Source: Eledone cirrhosa
Taxonomy: Eukaryota
Assembly (NCBI GenBank): GCA_964016885.1
Contig: OZ024741.1
Location: forward strand, 28,954,001 to 29,018,000
DNA: 64,000 nucleotides
Direction: 5' to 3'
Shown here: positions 13,810-26,801 of the stretch, one piece after another
Layout: each line of letters starts with the position of its first letter
Position numbering within the stretch: the stretch's first letter is position 1
Notes under the pieces: generated by a model
Seen by the model: the letters and a program-made list of their open reading frames with translations, nothing else
Told to the model about the DNA's origin: nothing
The model's database searches: none
Made by a program: the position numbers and the translations under genes

Positions 13810-14642
13810 AGGAGAAAATACAGGGAGAGAGGAAGACAGCGGGGAGAGAGGGGAAGAGAGAGGAAGAGAAGAGAGGGAGAGGAAGAGAGAGGAAGATAGA
13901 GGAATAGAGAGAGGGAAAGAGATATTGAGAGGAAGAGAAAGTGGAAGAGAGAGACGAAGAGAGAGAGAAAGAGAGAGAGAGGCAGAGAAAGGGGAGAGAG
14001 AGGGGAAGAGATGGAGAGGAAGAGGAAGAGAGAGAGAGAGAGAGAGAAAGAGATAGAGAGAGAGAAGAGAGATAGAGGAAGCGAGAGGAAGAGAGAAGAA
14101 GAGAGAGGAAGAGGAAGAGAGAGAGGGTGTTTGTTTGTATGTATGTGTGAGCGGGTGTGAGTGTATGCGTGTGTATGTGTGTATGTATGTGAGTATGTGT
14201 GAGTGTATGTGTGTTTGTTTGTGCATGTGTGTATGTGCTAGTGTGTGTGTGTTCGTGAGTGTGTGCCTTTTGTGTGTCTGTGTATGTGTGTGTGTGTGTG
14301 TGTATGTGTACGTGTGTACGTGTGAGTGTATATGTGTGTTTGTATGTCTCTGTGTGTTTATGTGTATGTGTATGTATGTGTGTAAGTATGTATGCATGTG
14401 TGTGAGTGTGTATGTATGTATATATTATTTTGTATGTATGTGCATGTATGCACGTGTGTGAGTGTGTATGTATGTGTATGTATGTATGTATATATGTATG
14501 TATGTATATATGTATGTATGTATGTATGTATATGTATGTATGTGTGTATGTATGTGTGTGTGTATGTATGTATGTATGTATGTATGTATGTATGTATGTA
14601 TGTATGTATGTATGTATGTATATGTATGTACGTGTATGTATG
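13810..14642. repeat. GA-rich, then (TG)/(TATG) low-complexity tract
   Basis: Direct inspection. Confidence 0.9.
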
Positions 14643-14679
14643 TTCTTTTGGTTTCATAATTTCACAAATTTTTTCCCAA

Positions 14680-15092
14680 TAAAGAGAGAGCCGGTTTCTA
14701 ACATAGATACAAGACTCTCATTGGAATTTACACAACATCAACTAGGTAGATTATGTATGCATGTCTGCATGTGTAGATATGGATGTTATTGTATGTGTGT
14801 ATGTGTATGTTTTGAGTTGTATGTTTGCATGTGTATATGCTTTGTATCTGTACATGTGTATATGCAGTTATTAGATGCAAACTTTTTGGAATGTTTTACA
14901 TATTTTTACTGTTCCATTAATGGATTGTACTTGTAATTTCCTAACTAGTTGTGTTCTTTCTGTTCCTGTGAAGCCCAGCTTCTTAAGATTTGTATTGAGG
15001 CAGTTACTAACATACCCCAGTACACCAATAATCACAGGCATAAATCTGAAGGTGTAATCAGGGTGGCGTATCTACAGATTTCTCATCAGTTC
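14680..15092 (-). mobile_element. R4/Dong-like RLE LINE 3' fragment
   Basis: Minus translation ELMRNL*IRHPDYTFRFMPVIIGVLGYVSNCLNTNLKKLGF...LQVQSINGTVKICKTF, typical of the C-terminus after the RLE domain. Confidence 0.6.
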
Positions 15093-15205
15093 TGTATGTA
15101 TGTATGTATGTATGTATGTATGTATGTATGTATGTATGTGTATGTGTATGTATGTATGTATGTATGTATGTATGTATGTATGTATGTATGTATGTATATG
15201 TATGT

Positions 15206-18200
15206 ATTTTTTCCAATTCAATGATGTTCCGGAACAATATAAAAGAGATAATTGGCAATTTAGGTTCTGGAACAAAAAAGATAATTGGCAATAAGGGCAG
15301 GGGCCCCAGGTTATCACAGCCTGGGCCCGCTCGTCATCGTGCCATTGTAATAGAGCCAAACAAGGCATTTAGTCTTGGCTGCTGGAACGTACGGACGCTA
15401 CTTGACAGGGATTCCTTGGAGCGTCCTGAACGAAGGACCGCTCTTGTTGCAAAGGAGCTTCGACGTTACGATCTTGACATCGTGGCTTTATCTGAGACGA
15501 GGTTAGCTGGAGATGGGCATCTTACAGAATTTTGTGAAGAATATACATTCTTCTGAAAAGGAAGAGATGAAGGAACCAGAAGAGAGGCTGGGGTAGGATT
15601 TACTGTTAAGACTGTACTTGTGAATAAATTAGAAGAATTCCCAGTAGGGATTAGTGAGCGTCTTATGTCCATGAGAATTCCGCTGGACAAGGGAAGATAT
15701 GGGACCCTGGTGAGTGTGTATGCTCCAACTATGAATTCTGTCGATGAAGAAAAAGTGTCCTTTTACCATGCCTTGAAAGGTGTTTTAAGAAATATCCCTC
15801 AGGCAGACAAAGTCATCGTGCTTGGTGACTTTAATGCTAGAGTGGGTAGGGATTTTAACACATGGAATGTAATCGGAAGGCATGGGGTGGGAAAGTGTAA
15901 CAACAATGGTATGCTCCTGCTGCAGATGTGTGAGGAGCTGGATCTGTGTGTTACCAACACCATGTTCCAACAAAAGAACAAATTCCAGACCACATGGATG
16001 CATCCTGCATCTAAGGAATGGCATCTTTTGGACTACGTCCTAGTCAGGATGCGTGACAGACAGGATGTGCAGTGTGTTCGTGCTCTTCGTGGAGCTGAGT
16101 GCTGGACTGACCACCGCCTGGTACGCGCAAAAGTGAAACTAATCACTAAACGTAAAATCCGGGCTCCTGGTGTTGCCCTGCCCAAAAGATTGAATGCTAC
16201 TCGTCTTAAGTATAAAAATGTGAAGAGGACATTGGAAGAAGCGATGCAGGCTGCAGATCTTGGTGAGGATTGGCCGACCCTTAAAAAGTCGGTTTATGAT
16301 GTAGGCAGGCGTGTTCTGGGATTGGTGCAGAGAAAACATCAGGACTGGTTTAATGAGAATGATGTACTTATCGAAGACTTGTTGGCTGATAAGAGGCGTG
16401 CTCTGTCACGCTACTTGACGGCAAAACCACAGGAGAGGAATACGTTGCATGAGGAACTCAAGGATGTAAAATCACGTGTTAGGCAGAGTCTTTCTCAGAT
16501 GAAGGATCAGTGGGGGAGTGAGAAGGCTGGTGAGATACAAACTGCGTCAGATTCCAATAACACAAAGCTGTTGTACAGTCTCTTGCGTGAGGTTTATGGA
16601 CCGTCTTCTTCTCTGGTGACACCGCTTCGCAGCAAGGATGGCAAAGAACTTCTTCGTGACTCACAAGGAATTCTACGAAGGTGGCAAGAGCACTTTCATG
16701 AACTTTTGAATCAGCCGTCTGTGGTCAGTGAAGATTTCCTCAATCTCATTCCAGAAAGTCCTGTGAAAGTAGCTCTCGCAGAACCTCCGACGCTTGTTGA
16801 GGTTGCAGTGGCTATTTCGAAGCTGAACAGTGGATGATCTCCAGGTATGGATGGCATACATGCTGAGCTCCTACAATATGGCGGTGAGAGACTCCTGCAA
16901 CATCTTCACTCTTTGTTTGGCAGGATATGGGCTAATGAATCAGTACCTGAGGACTGGAGAGATGCAGTAATGGTGGTCTTGTACAAGGGAAAGGGTAACA
17001 GGAATGATTATGGGAACTACAGAGGTATATCATTGCTTTCTGTCGTAGGGAAAGTTTTATATAGGGTGCTTCTCGACCGTCTGCTGACACACATTGCAGA
17101 TTGTGTTCTACCTGAAAGTCAATCTGGTTTTCGTGCTGGACGCGGCACTACTGATATGATTTTCTCAGCTAGACAGCTCCATGAGAAGTGTATGGAACAA
17201 GGCTTGGATCTGTATCAGGTTTTTGTCGATCTGACAAAAGCTTTCGATACTGTTAACAGAGATGCATTATGGAAGGTTCTCCAGAAACTTGGTTGCCCTG
17301 ATAAGTTCCTTGCTTTAGTTAGGTCTTTCCATGACGACATGATGGCTTGGGTTAATGTCGGAGCCTATCTCAGTAAAAAATGGAGTGAAACAGGGGGATA
17401 TTCCAGCACCGACCCTGTTTGCCATATACTTTGCAATGGTTTTCTGTATTGCATTCAGGAATTGCGAGCATGGTGTTTACATCCGATATCGAACCTCAGG
17501 CAGAATATTTAACATCAGGCGCTTTGCTGCAAAGACAAAAGTATTTACATCAATCATAAGAGACCTCTTGCATGCAGATGATTGCGATCTTGTAGCGCAC
17601 ACAGAGAGTGATATGCAGCACATTTTGAATGCATTTTCTAACGCTTGCACTGCCCTAGGATTGACTGTCAGTCTCAAGAAAACCGTCGTCATGTACCAAC
17701 CTGCCCCTGGTAAGCAGTACACTGAACCAAACATCTATGTGTATGGTAAACGAATTGGAGTGGTTGATCAGTTTGTCTACCTGGGAAGCACTGTGAAATC
17801 TCACTCAGGATTAGGAAAGCAAGTGATGCTTTCGGAAAGCTAGAAAGGCGACTCTGGGGTCGGCGAGACATATGTAGGAGGTCAAAGGTAAAGGTGTACA
17901 GGGCATGTGTGCTCTCTTGTCTTCTTTATGCCTGCGAGACCTGGGTCACATATCCACACCACCTTAAGCAATTGGAGCGTTTCCATCAGATGTGTCTCAG
18001 ACGGATCCACGGCGTTCACTGGAGGGACCACATCAGTGATGTCGAGATTTTGGAAAGCTCTATGTGTGACAGTATAGAAGCTCTTGTGCTTAAGCAACGA
18101 CTTCGTTGGGGTGGTCACCTTGCCAGGATGAAGGATTCTAGAATACCAAAACAACTCTTTTATGGAGAGTTGGTTAAAGGAAAACGACCGCCACATAAAC

Positions 18201-18735
18201 CGAAAAAGAGGTATAAGGATTCCTTGAAAGCCTCTCTGAAAGACGCTAACATCTCTGCTGATACATGGGAAAATATTGCTGCTGATCGTAATAAATGGAG
18301 AAAGACTGGATATGAGGGAAAAGTTGCCTTTGAGGCATCTCGAATCGCATACGAGAAAGTAAAGCGGGATGTGAGGAAGGGCATTGCTGTTGCACTTCCA
18401 GACGGCGAGGGTCCTCCTATGGTGCTGACATGCAGCGTCTGTGCGAGACTCTGCCTAAGCAAAGCTGGACTCGAAAGTCATCTTCGCAGTCATAAAGTAA
18501 GACCAGTGGTTGACTACCAGGCTGGTGTTGGAGATGCTACTCATCATGCTTGCCAAACATGTGGTAGAGAATGTAAATCAGCAGGATGGCTCAAGCGACA
18601 TGCAAAATACACGAACTCCAACTCCAGCCGACTATTCCCAGTGAATGTTTTGGTTGCCGACTCTGTGCAAGACATTTTAGATCATTGGCTGGGCTAAAAA
18701 GCCACATTCGATCGCAGCGCTGTTAGTTGCTATCG
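15206..18735 (+). mobile_element. RTE-clade LINE, near full length, inactivated (APE-RT-C2H2 fingers)
   Basis: APE motifs GCWNVRTL, ALSETR, GDFNA, DYV, TDH. RT motifs YRGISLLS, FVDLTKAFD, GVKQG, LLHADD. C-terminal CSVC..H and CQTC..H fingers. Stops at ~15554 and ~16835; frameshifts/deletions near 17360, 17795 and 18600. Flanked by (TATG)n/(TG)n. Confidence 0.95.
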
Positions 18736-18835
18736 TGTGTGTGTGTGTGTATGTAGATATGCTTATGTGTGTGCGTGTATGTGTATATATATATGTATAT
18801 GTATATTATTATTGTTGTTGTCGTTATTATTGTTG

Positions 18836-18873
<38 letters not shown>

Positions 18874-18923
18874 GTTATTAATGTATGTGTGTGTGTATAT
18901 ATATGTGTGTGTATATATGTATA

Positions 18924-18954
<31 letters not shown>

Positions 18955-19186
18955 TTCTTTTTTTTTTTCATTTTTTATTTATTAATTTTTTTTTCTCCTC
19001 GTGCAATGGCCATACTCGATAACGAGGGGCAGCCATCATGTATGTGTGTATGTATGTATGTATGTGTATGTATGTATGTGTGTATGTGTATGTATGTATG
19101 TATTTTGTATGTATGTATGTATGCATGTGTATGTATGTATATATGCATGTATGTATGTATGTATATATGTATGTATATGTGTATGG
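18736..19186. repeat. (TG)/(ATT)/(TATG) microsatellites
   Basis: Direct inspection. Confidence 0.9.
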
Positions 19187-19775
19187 GTCTGTGAAAGACA
19201 GACTACGTTTACGGAGCTGTCACAATCTTCCCACTTTCCTCTTCTCTCTCCGCCATTTCATTAATCCCTGACATTGTTTTACACCGTCATCGTTTTTATT
19301 TCTCTAGAGCTGTCGTTGCCAGAAGCAACCAGTCATAGTACCACGTGTAGCAAATGTATTTATATACTTAATCATATGGAAACACATTAACTCATTGACT
19401 TACCTTAATGCTTAATTACAGGTGTGAAATTTCCCATCGAATTTTGAATTACTTTTATTGATCAACGTACAAGTTTCCACTTGAGAATTGGACAAATTTT
19501 TAATTAATCCCTCCTTATAATAAAACAAAACAGCAACAAGAACATAACCTGCAAGCGGTTTGTTTCTTAATACAGTTTCTTTCCTTGAAAGCTGTAAGCA
19601 ACAACCAGATATCATCTAGAAGTTTCCATTCTCTAACTAACAATACAACACTTATATACCACTTCCCTCCTTATTTATATTCCCAATCTTACATATTTCC
19701 GCTGGTAATTAGTAAAACAATGGGACTTGACTTCCATTACGTCGATTCTTTTTTTTCAGTCTGTATAATTAAATT

Positions 19776-19938
19776 AGGCGGCGAATCGGCAGAGTCGTTA
19801 GAACGTCGGATAGAATGTTTTATGGTATTCGTTTTGGCTCTTTGCTTTCTGAGTTCAAATCCCACCGAGGTCAACTTTGCCTTTCATCCTTTCGAGGTCG
19901 ATTAAAAAAAAGGTGCCAGTCTAGTACTGGGATCGATT
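19776..19938 (+). mobile_element. SINE family B, sense orientation
   Basis: GGCGGCGAATCGGCAGAGTCGTTAG (A box) ... GAGTTCAAATCC (B box) ... TTTCATCCTTTCGAGGTCGAT. Confidence 0.85.
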
Positions 19939-20355
19939 CTTCCTTTTTATCTCTTTTTCTTTTCCTTTCTCTCACTTTCTATCTTTCACTGGAAGAAATC
20001 TGCTATATTCAGGCCTGGAGAAGGATGGGCTCCCCAGGCCCAAGAAACGCCGTGTGTCAATAAGGCGCCCCTACGACCATATTAGGAGTTACGGTACCAT
20101 ACCATAATTAAATTAATCTGAGTTAATGAGGTCTCTACGATGTCGCACTATTTGCTAGAAATAGTAGCAAAATATATTTCTCAAATCATAACCTACTCTA
20201 TTAAAATGGAAGTTTTATACTTTTATATGGGCCCTATCTCTTTGGTTTGCTAGAAATAGTAGCAAATACCTTTCTCAAATCATAACCTACTCTATTGAAA
20301 GGGAAGTTTTCTACTTACATATGGGTCCTATCTCTTTGTAGTTGTGGTAAATATT

Positions 20356-20706
20356 TGTGAAGGCGCGTGGATTTGTGATTAAAGTATTCGGTTCACAATC
20401 GTAAGGTTGTGAGTTCGATTCCCGATGGCGCTTGTGTCTTTGAACACGACACTTTCTTTCATGTGGCTCCATGCCACTCAGCTGGCAAAAGTAAGTTATG
20501 CATGTAATTTGAAGGGCTAGTTTTGTCACATTCTGTGTCACGCTGAATTTCTCTGAAAACTACGTTAAGAGTACGCAGAAAACTACGTTAAGAGTACGCA
20601 TGTCTGTGGAATGTTCAGCCACTTGCACGTTAATTTAACTTGCAGGATGTTCCGCTGATCAGATCAACTGGAACAATCGTCATCGTAACCGATGGAGTAC
20701 CAGTTA
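20356..20706 (+). mobile_element. tRNA-SINE related to family A, long 3' part, with TSD
   Basis: GTGAAGGCGCGTGG...GAGTTCGATTCC head. 12-bp TSD TGTGGTAAATAT at 20343-20354 and 20707-20718. Confidence 0.85.
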
Positions 20707-20718
20707 TGTGGTAAATAT

Positions 20719-20890
20719 AATTGTTTCTACTTTTAGCACAAGGCCAGCAATTATCCCAGTGTATTACTGGTACTTTATTTTATCGACCTCGTAAGGATGA
20801 AAGCAAAGTTAACCTCGGTGGGATTTGAATTCAGACCATGAAGGACCATAACTCTATGCTGTGAAGCAAGGTATCCGACTCTACCGATAA
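20719..20890 (-). mobile_element. SINE family B copy
   Basis: Same consensus as 5776-5920. Confidence 0.85.
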
Positions 20891-21179
20891 ATATAATCTC
20901 TCACAATCAGATTTTCTGTTGTACTAATGCAGTCACTATATTTTACGTGTTATGTCTGATTATAATGATGAAGTATCTAATAAAAATTAAACACACTACT
21001 AAAGGGAACAGAAAAGGAAAATGAAAAGGAGAAAAAGAAAGAAGGATGAATCGGCGAAAGAAAGGGAGAGGGTGAGGGACAGTGTCTTCAGTTAAAACAA
21101 TATAACTCCTTGCGGGAACAGCTCAGCATTCTTCCTATTATCTCTTGTATATTGTTCTGTTTTTAATACATGTATTAAT

Positions 21180-21515
21180 CATTTTTCAGAGGCCACCATC
21201 GGTCACTAATGACCATAGTTTTGCACCTAGAAAATTCCCCTCTGAGACACAAGCCTGGGCAAGGTTTGTTTGTGGAAGTCCAGTAGCCGCCCATGCATAC
21301 CAGTCTCCCCTCTCCACGCCATCAATGTTGTACAAGGGAAAGGCTATGGCTGATACAGCTTGGCACCAGTGACGTCGCAACTCATTTCTACAGCTAAGTA
21401 AACTGAAGCAACGTGAAATAAAGTGTGTTGCTCAAGGACACAACGCATCACTCGGTCCTAGAATCGAACTCACAACCTCTCAACTGCAAGCGTTCTAACC
21501 ACTAAACCATGCGCC
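21180..21515 (-). mobile_element. tRNA-SINE related to family A, with TSD
   Basis: Head GGCGCATGGTTTAGTGGTTAG...GAGTTCGATTC on minus. 9-bp TSD TGTATTAAT at 21171 and 21516. Confidence 0.8.
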
Positions 21516-22019
21516 TGTATTAATTTAACGTATCTAATATACACAGTCCTAACCCGTGCTCTTATTGGTGTGTCTATTGTTCTCTATTTACTCAACCGAA
21601 ACAGGAGTATTTATATATCTCTTTCGTCTAATTATCTTTATATTTCTTTCTTTATGTAACATATTTGTGTTCTTAATAAATTTTCCTCTCAAGGTTGTGT
21701 TGGCGAATTTATAATTCATATTTCATATCAATTCCTCCCGTAAATCCTTGGACTATGCGTAGCAGTGTTTGTAGTTGTTAATCTAAAATAGACTTGGTGT
21801 AAACAATGCATCATAAAAGATATGCGAGAGAGAGAGAAAGAAAGAGAGAGAGAGAGAGAGAGAGATAGATAGATAGAGAGAGAGAGAGAAAAGAGAGAGA
21901 AAGAAAAAAAGAAAAGAGAGAGTGATAAAGAGTGTGTGGGAGAGAAAGTGAATAAACTCTTAGATATGAAAATTAACAGAGATTGAGAAATTAAGGTTTA
22001 TCCATTGGATATTATTGAT

Positions 22020-22195
22020 AAGTATCGGTAGAGGGTTGGACGCCATGTTTTCTAGCATAGTTACGTCCCTTTACAGTCTGAGTTCAAATCCCGCCGAGGT
22101 TAACTTTGCCTTTCATCCTTACGGGGTCGATAAAATAAAGTACCAGTAATGTACTGGGTAATTGCTGGCCTTGAGCCTAAAGTAGAAACAATTAT
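22020..22195 (+). mobile_element. SINE family B copy
   Basis: GAGTTCAAATCCCGCCGAGGTTAACTTTGCCTTTCATCCTTACGGGGTCGATAAAATAAAGTACCAG. Confidence 0.9.
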
Positions 22196-22599
22196 TGATA
22201 AGGAGAACTAGGAGAGGAATTGCCCTCTAATTGAAATAGTCTCAAAAGACGATAATATGTTTAATAAAGAATTGGAGAAATTATTAAAATACGGAAATAA
22301 AGATAAGCAGAATGTAGGAGCTAAAAGACCAGAAAGAATCCCTATAATACACATGTGTTTTGGGAAAGACTAAAAGTACATTCAAAGAAATACATAGCAA
22401 AAAGTTCAGTACATAAAAATGTGTAGGTAATAGAAAACAACATTACTATTCCCTACACTCACCTTATATAGAGAACTGTCAATACAAAATCAAAATAAAA
22501 GACAGCACATACCCAAGACACATATAGCTACACTCGGTTGTGTAATAAATTCACGAAACAGGCACATCATCAGGAACTTAAGAGATGTAGTGTAGTCAA

Positions 22600-22995
22600 A
22601 TTAGTTGACACCAATATTTAACTGGTATATTATCTTATCGAACGTGGAAGGACAAAAAACAAACTTTACCTCGGCGGGGTTCGAACTCTGAACGTATTTA
22701 GCTCCTACATGGCTGTTGCTAAATGCCCACAAATCATCTTGTCCGAGGCTCTAACGATTCTGCCACCATCACCATTATGATGGTTCTAATAAGGATAATG
22801 GTTTCTGATTTAGGCACAAGGCCAACAACTTTGGGGAATGGAAAGTCGATTAAATCGACCTCAGTATATTACAGGTACTTTATTTTATCGACCCCGTAAG
22901 GATGAAAAGCAAAGTTAACCTCGGTGAGATTTGAACTCAGAACTAAAGGACCATAAATATATGCCGCAAAACATGTTGACCGACGCTCTGCCAAT
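22600..22995 (-). mobile_element. Two tandem SINE family B copies
   Basis: B-box complements at ~22680 and ~22930. Confidence 0.8.
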
Positions 22996-23007
22996 CCACC
23001 ACCCCTG

Positions 23008-23226
23008 GTTCTTCTTCCTTTTCTTCGTCCATTTATTCTTGAGAGGGTCGTGGGGGCAGAGTCCTCAAACATTCCTTCCGGTTGGTCCTGTCAGAAGCAA
23101 CCGTCTCCAAATGATCCGACTGGATCCCTAAGTGTGACCAGCCAAGCTCATGGATGTTATCCAACCAACTTGCTCGGGGTCTGCCCTTGGGTCTCCTGTC
23201 GGTTGGTTCTGCCCATAAAAATCTGT
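23008..23226 (-). mobile_element. RTE (Expander/Rex3-like) LINE 3' end
   Basis: Minus translation WAEPTDRRPKGRPRASWLDNIHELGWSHLGIQSDHLETVASDR...LPPRPSQE*, followed by a GAA-rich tail. Confidence 0.75.
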
Positions 23227-23235
23227 TTTATTAAT

Positions 23236-23392
23236 GATAATTGTTTCTACTTTTGGCACAAGGCCAGCAATTACCCAGTACATTACTGGTACTTTATTTT
23301 ATCGACCCCGTAAGGATGAAAGGCAAAGTTAACCTTGGCGGGATTTAAACTCAGAATGGAAAGGGCCGTAACTCTATGCGTCAAAGCATGAT
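23236..23392 (-). mobile_element. SINE family B copy
   Basis: Same consensus. Confidence 0.85.
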
Positions 23393-23649
23393 CCTATGAT
23401 AATATTAATTGTTTCGAGCAGAGAAACAAAGCTAGAAGATTAGGAGCAGAGTTCATGGACTTAATTTGGCCAAGTACTTTACTAATACATTATTTATGTC
23501 GACATCGGATCTATGAAAGTCAATGTTGTCCTCGGTGGAATTTGAACACAGACAATAACGGATTGTAATTAAATACCACTAACGATTCTTTCAAAATAAT
23601 AATTAGGTTGGGAATACTTCTATTGCTAACGATAATTAAACCATGAAAA

Positions 23650-24545
23650 ATAACAAAACAGCAGCAGCAGTGACAGCGGCAGCGGCAGCAGCGGCGAAAG
23701 CAGCAGCAACAACAGTAACAATGATGACATCAATAATCACCACAACCATTGAAATAATAACAACTACAACAATAACAACTACAACAACAACAACTACAAC
23801 AATGAGACATCTACAACAACCACAGTCACAACAACAAAAACAACGACACCCACAACTACCACAATAACAACTACAACAACAACATCAATGACGACGACAT
23901 CTACCACCACCACCACAACAACAACAAAAGCAACAACAGTAACAATAACATCACCTAAAACCACCACCACCACCACAACCACCACCACCACCACCACCAC
24001 AACCACCACCACCACAGCCATCACCACCACAACCACTACAACCACAACAACAATAACAATAGCAACAACAAAAGCAACAACAGTAACAATGACATCACCT
24101 AAAACCACCACCGCCACCACCACAACCACAACAACAATAACAATAACAACAACAAAAGCAACAACAGTAACAATGACACCACCTAAAAACCACCACCACC
24201 ACAACAACCGCAATAACAATAAGAACAAAAGCAATATCAGTAACAATGACATCACCTAAAACCACCACCACCACCACCACCACTACCACACCAACCACCA
24301 CCACCACCACCACCACCACCAACACCACCACCACACCCACCACCATCACCACCACCACCACCACCACCACCACCACCAGCACCACCAGCACCACCAGCAC
24401 CACCACCACTACCACACCCACCACCACCACCACCAGCACCACCACAACCACCACTACCACCACCACCACCACCACCACCACCACCACCACCACCACCACC
24501 ACCACCACCACTACCACCACCACAACAACAACAAACATTCACAAA
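23650..24545. repeat. (ACA)/(ACC) trinucleotide low-complexity tract with internal duplications
   Basis: Repeated AAAGCAACAACAGTAACAATGACATCACCTAAAACCACC block. Confidence 0.9.
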
Positions 24546-24879
24546 CAACAGCAAAGACAATATGGCCACTGAGAGTGAAAAAAGCTATAATAGTTGTACC
24601 GTTTTAAAATAAATTTATCAAAAATAATCATTATCAAATTGTTATCAATGAAGCATGTCTAATATTTTTGGCCACTGTCTGATCGTGGCAATCATATTTA
24701 TTTTCATGGTTATTATTCTAGTATTATTCAAAATGTTGACACCTTCTTCTCGTCTGCTAACAGATAACTACAGAAAAGGTCATCCGCCTGTCACTAGTTT
24801 CGTCTTCCATTTCCTTCTAGTCATCGCACACTTTTCTACTCTCTTTTGTTAAAACATTTTACTCTCACATAATCTATTT

Positions 24880-24903
24880 TTCTCTCTCTGCCTCTCTGTG
24901 TGT

Positions 24904-24982
<79 letters not shown>

Positions 24983-25127
24983 GCTCTCTCTGTCTCACAT
25001 ATTCTCTCTCTGTTTCTCTCTCTCTCTCTGTCTGTCTCTCTCTCTCTCTCTGTCTGCCTCTCTCTCACACTCTCTCGCTCTCTCTGTTTCTTTCTCTCCC
25101 TGTTTCTTCCTCTTTCGCAGTCTCTCC

Positions 25128-25159
<32 letters not shown>

Positions 25160-26400
25160 TTCTCTCTCTCTCGCTCTCTCCCCCACTCTCTCTCTCTCGC
25201 TTCCTTAGATTTTTTTTAGTTTCTTTGTTAAAGAAATCTACTCACCATTTCTCTCTCTCTCCCTCTCTCGCCTACTCTCTCTCTCTCATCTTTCTCTCTC
25301 TCTCACTTACTCTTCTCACCTTCTCTCTCACTGTCTCTCTCTCTTTATCGATCTCTATATCTACCCACCTCTCTCTCTCTCTCTCACTCTCTCTCTCTTT
25401 ATCGATCTTTATATCTATCACTCTCTCGCTATATTTCTTACAATATATCTCCTTATGTAACATTTGTCTTTCTTTCTTTCTTTCTTTTTTTTTCAGTCTT
25501 TCTTTCTTTTTTCTTTTCTCTCTTTGTTTGTTTGTTTCTTTCTTTCTTTCTCAACACACAGACGCACACGCACACTCTCTCTCTCCCTCTCTTCCACTGT
25601 CTCTCTCCTTCTCTCTCTTACTTTATATCCCCCCTCTCTCTCTGTCTCCCTCACTAATCAATGACGTCTCTCTCATCCTAGCTCTTACTCTTTCTAACTT
25701 ACTCCATTATACTCTCCCCAATTTCTCCCATTTTATATATTTTAAATAAAACATTAAGGCTCCCTCCTTCTCTTTCTACCCCCCTGCCCCCTTGTCTCTC
25801 CATGTCTTCAGTCTCACTTTCTTTTTTTATTCTCTCATTCTGTCTCCTACTCTTTCTCCTTCTGTTTATCTATCTGTTTGTCTCCCTTGTCTTTCTTTTA
25901 TACACGCCCCTCTCCCCCTCTCCACCAATCTCTCTCTCTCCCTATCCTCCACTCCTCCTCCCCACCTCTCCTCCCCACCTTTTCTCTCTTCCCCTCCCCA
26001 CTCTCCCTCTCCCCCCATCTCCCCACCTTTTCTCTCTTCCCTCCCCACCCTCCCCACCTTTTCTCCCCCTCTCCCCACCCCGCTTTCTCCCCCCTCTCCC
26101 TCTCACCACTCTCTCTCTCTCACTTTCAGCCACTCTCTCTCTCCCTCTCCCCCACCCTCTCTTCCCCTCTCACCAACTCTCTCACTTTCAGCCACTCTCT
26201 CTCTCCCTCTCCCCCACCTCCTCTTCCCCTCTCACCAACTCTCTCTCTCACTTTCAGCCACTCTCTCTCTCCCTCTCCCCACTCTCTTCCTATCCCCCAC
26301 ACTGTCTTTTATTCTTTCTCTCCCACCCTATCGCCCTCACTTCCCCTCATATTCTCTTATCCTCTTTCTCTTTGTGCCTCCCTTTTGTAATGTCTACCTC
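24880..26400. repeat. (CT)n / pyrimidine-rich low-complexity tract
   Basis: Direct inspection. Confidence 0.9.
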
Positions 26401-26733
26401 ACACCACTCCGCAATACCAGTCTATAGGTTCCACCATCTCATTATTTTTATTATACATTTTTAATTATCAATTTGTCCTCTTCATTACTTCGTAGTATTC
26501 ATTCACACCTTATATATGTTTTCACCTCCTCTCATTGTAATGTTTTCTGTTTTGTCTCAGTATATATCGGTTACTTCCCCTTTGTTAAACCTCTCCTACG
26601 TCTCACTGCTCCCTCCTCCGCCCAGTTTAATATTTATTTCTGTCTATTTTCAATCTTCATTGCATTATCTAAATTCCATTAAATGTCTTTGTCCTAAATT
26701 TACCGCCGCCCCATGCATTGCATTGCATTGCAA

Positions 26734-26800
<67 letters not shown>
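26734..26800. repeat. (TATC)n microsatellite (LINE target)
   Basis: ~16 units abutting the LINE 5' junction. Confidence 0.97.

Positions 26801-26801
<1 letters not shown>

Noticed and set aside
23643-24572. Mucin-like Thr-rich protein
   Set aside because: (ACC/ACA)n low complexity, frames interrupted, no splice support.
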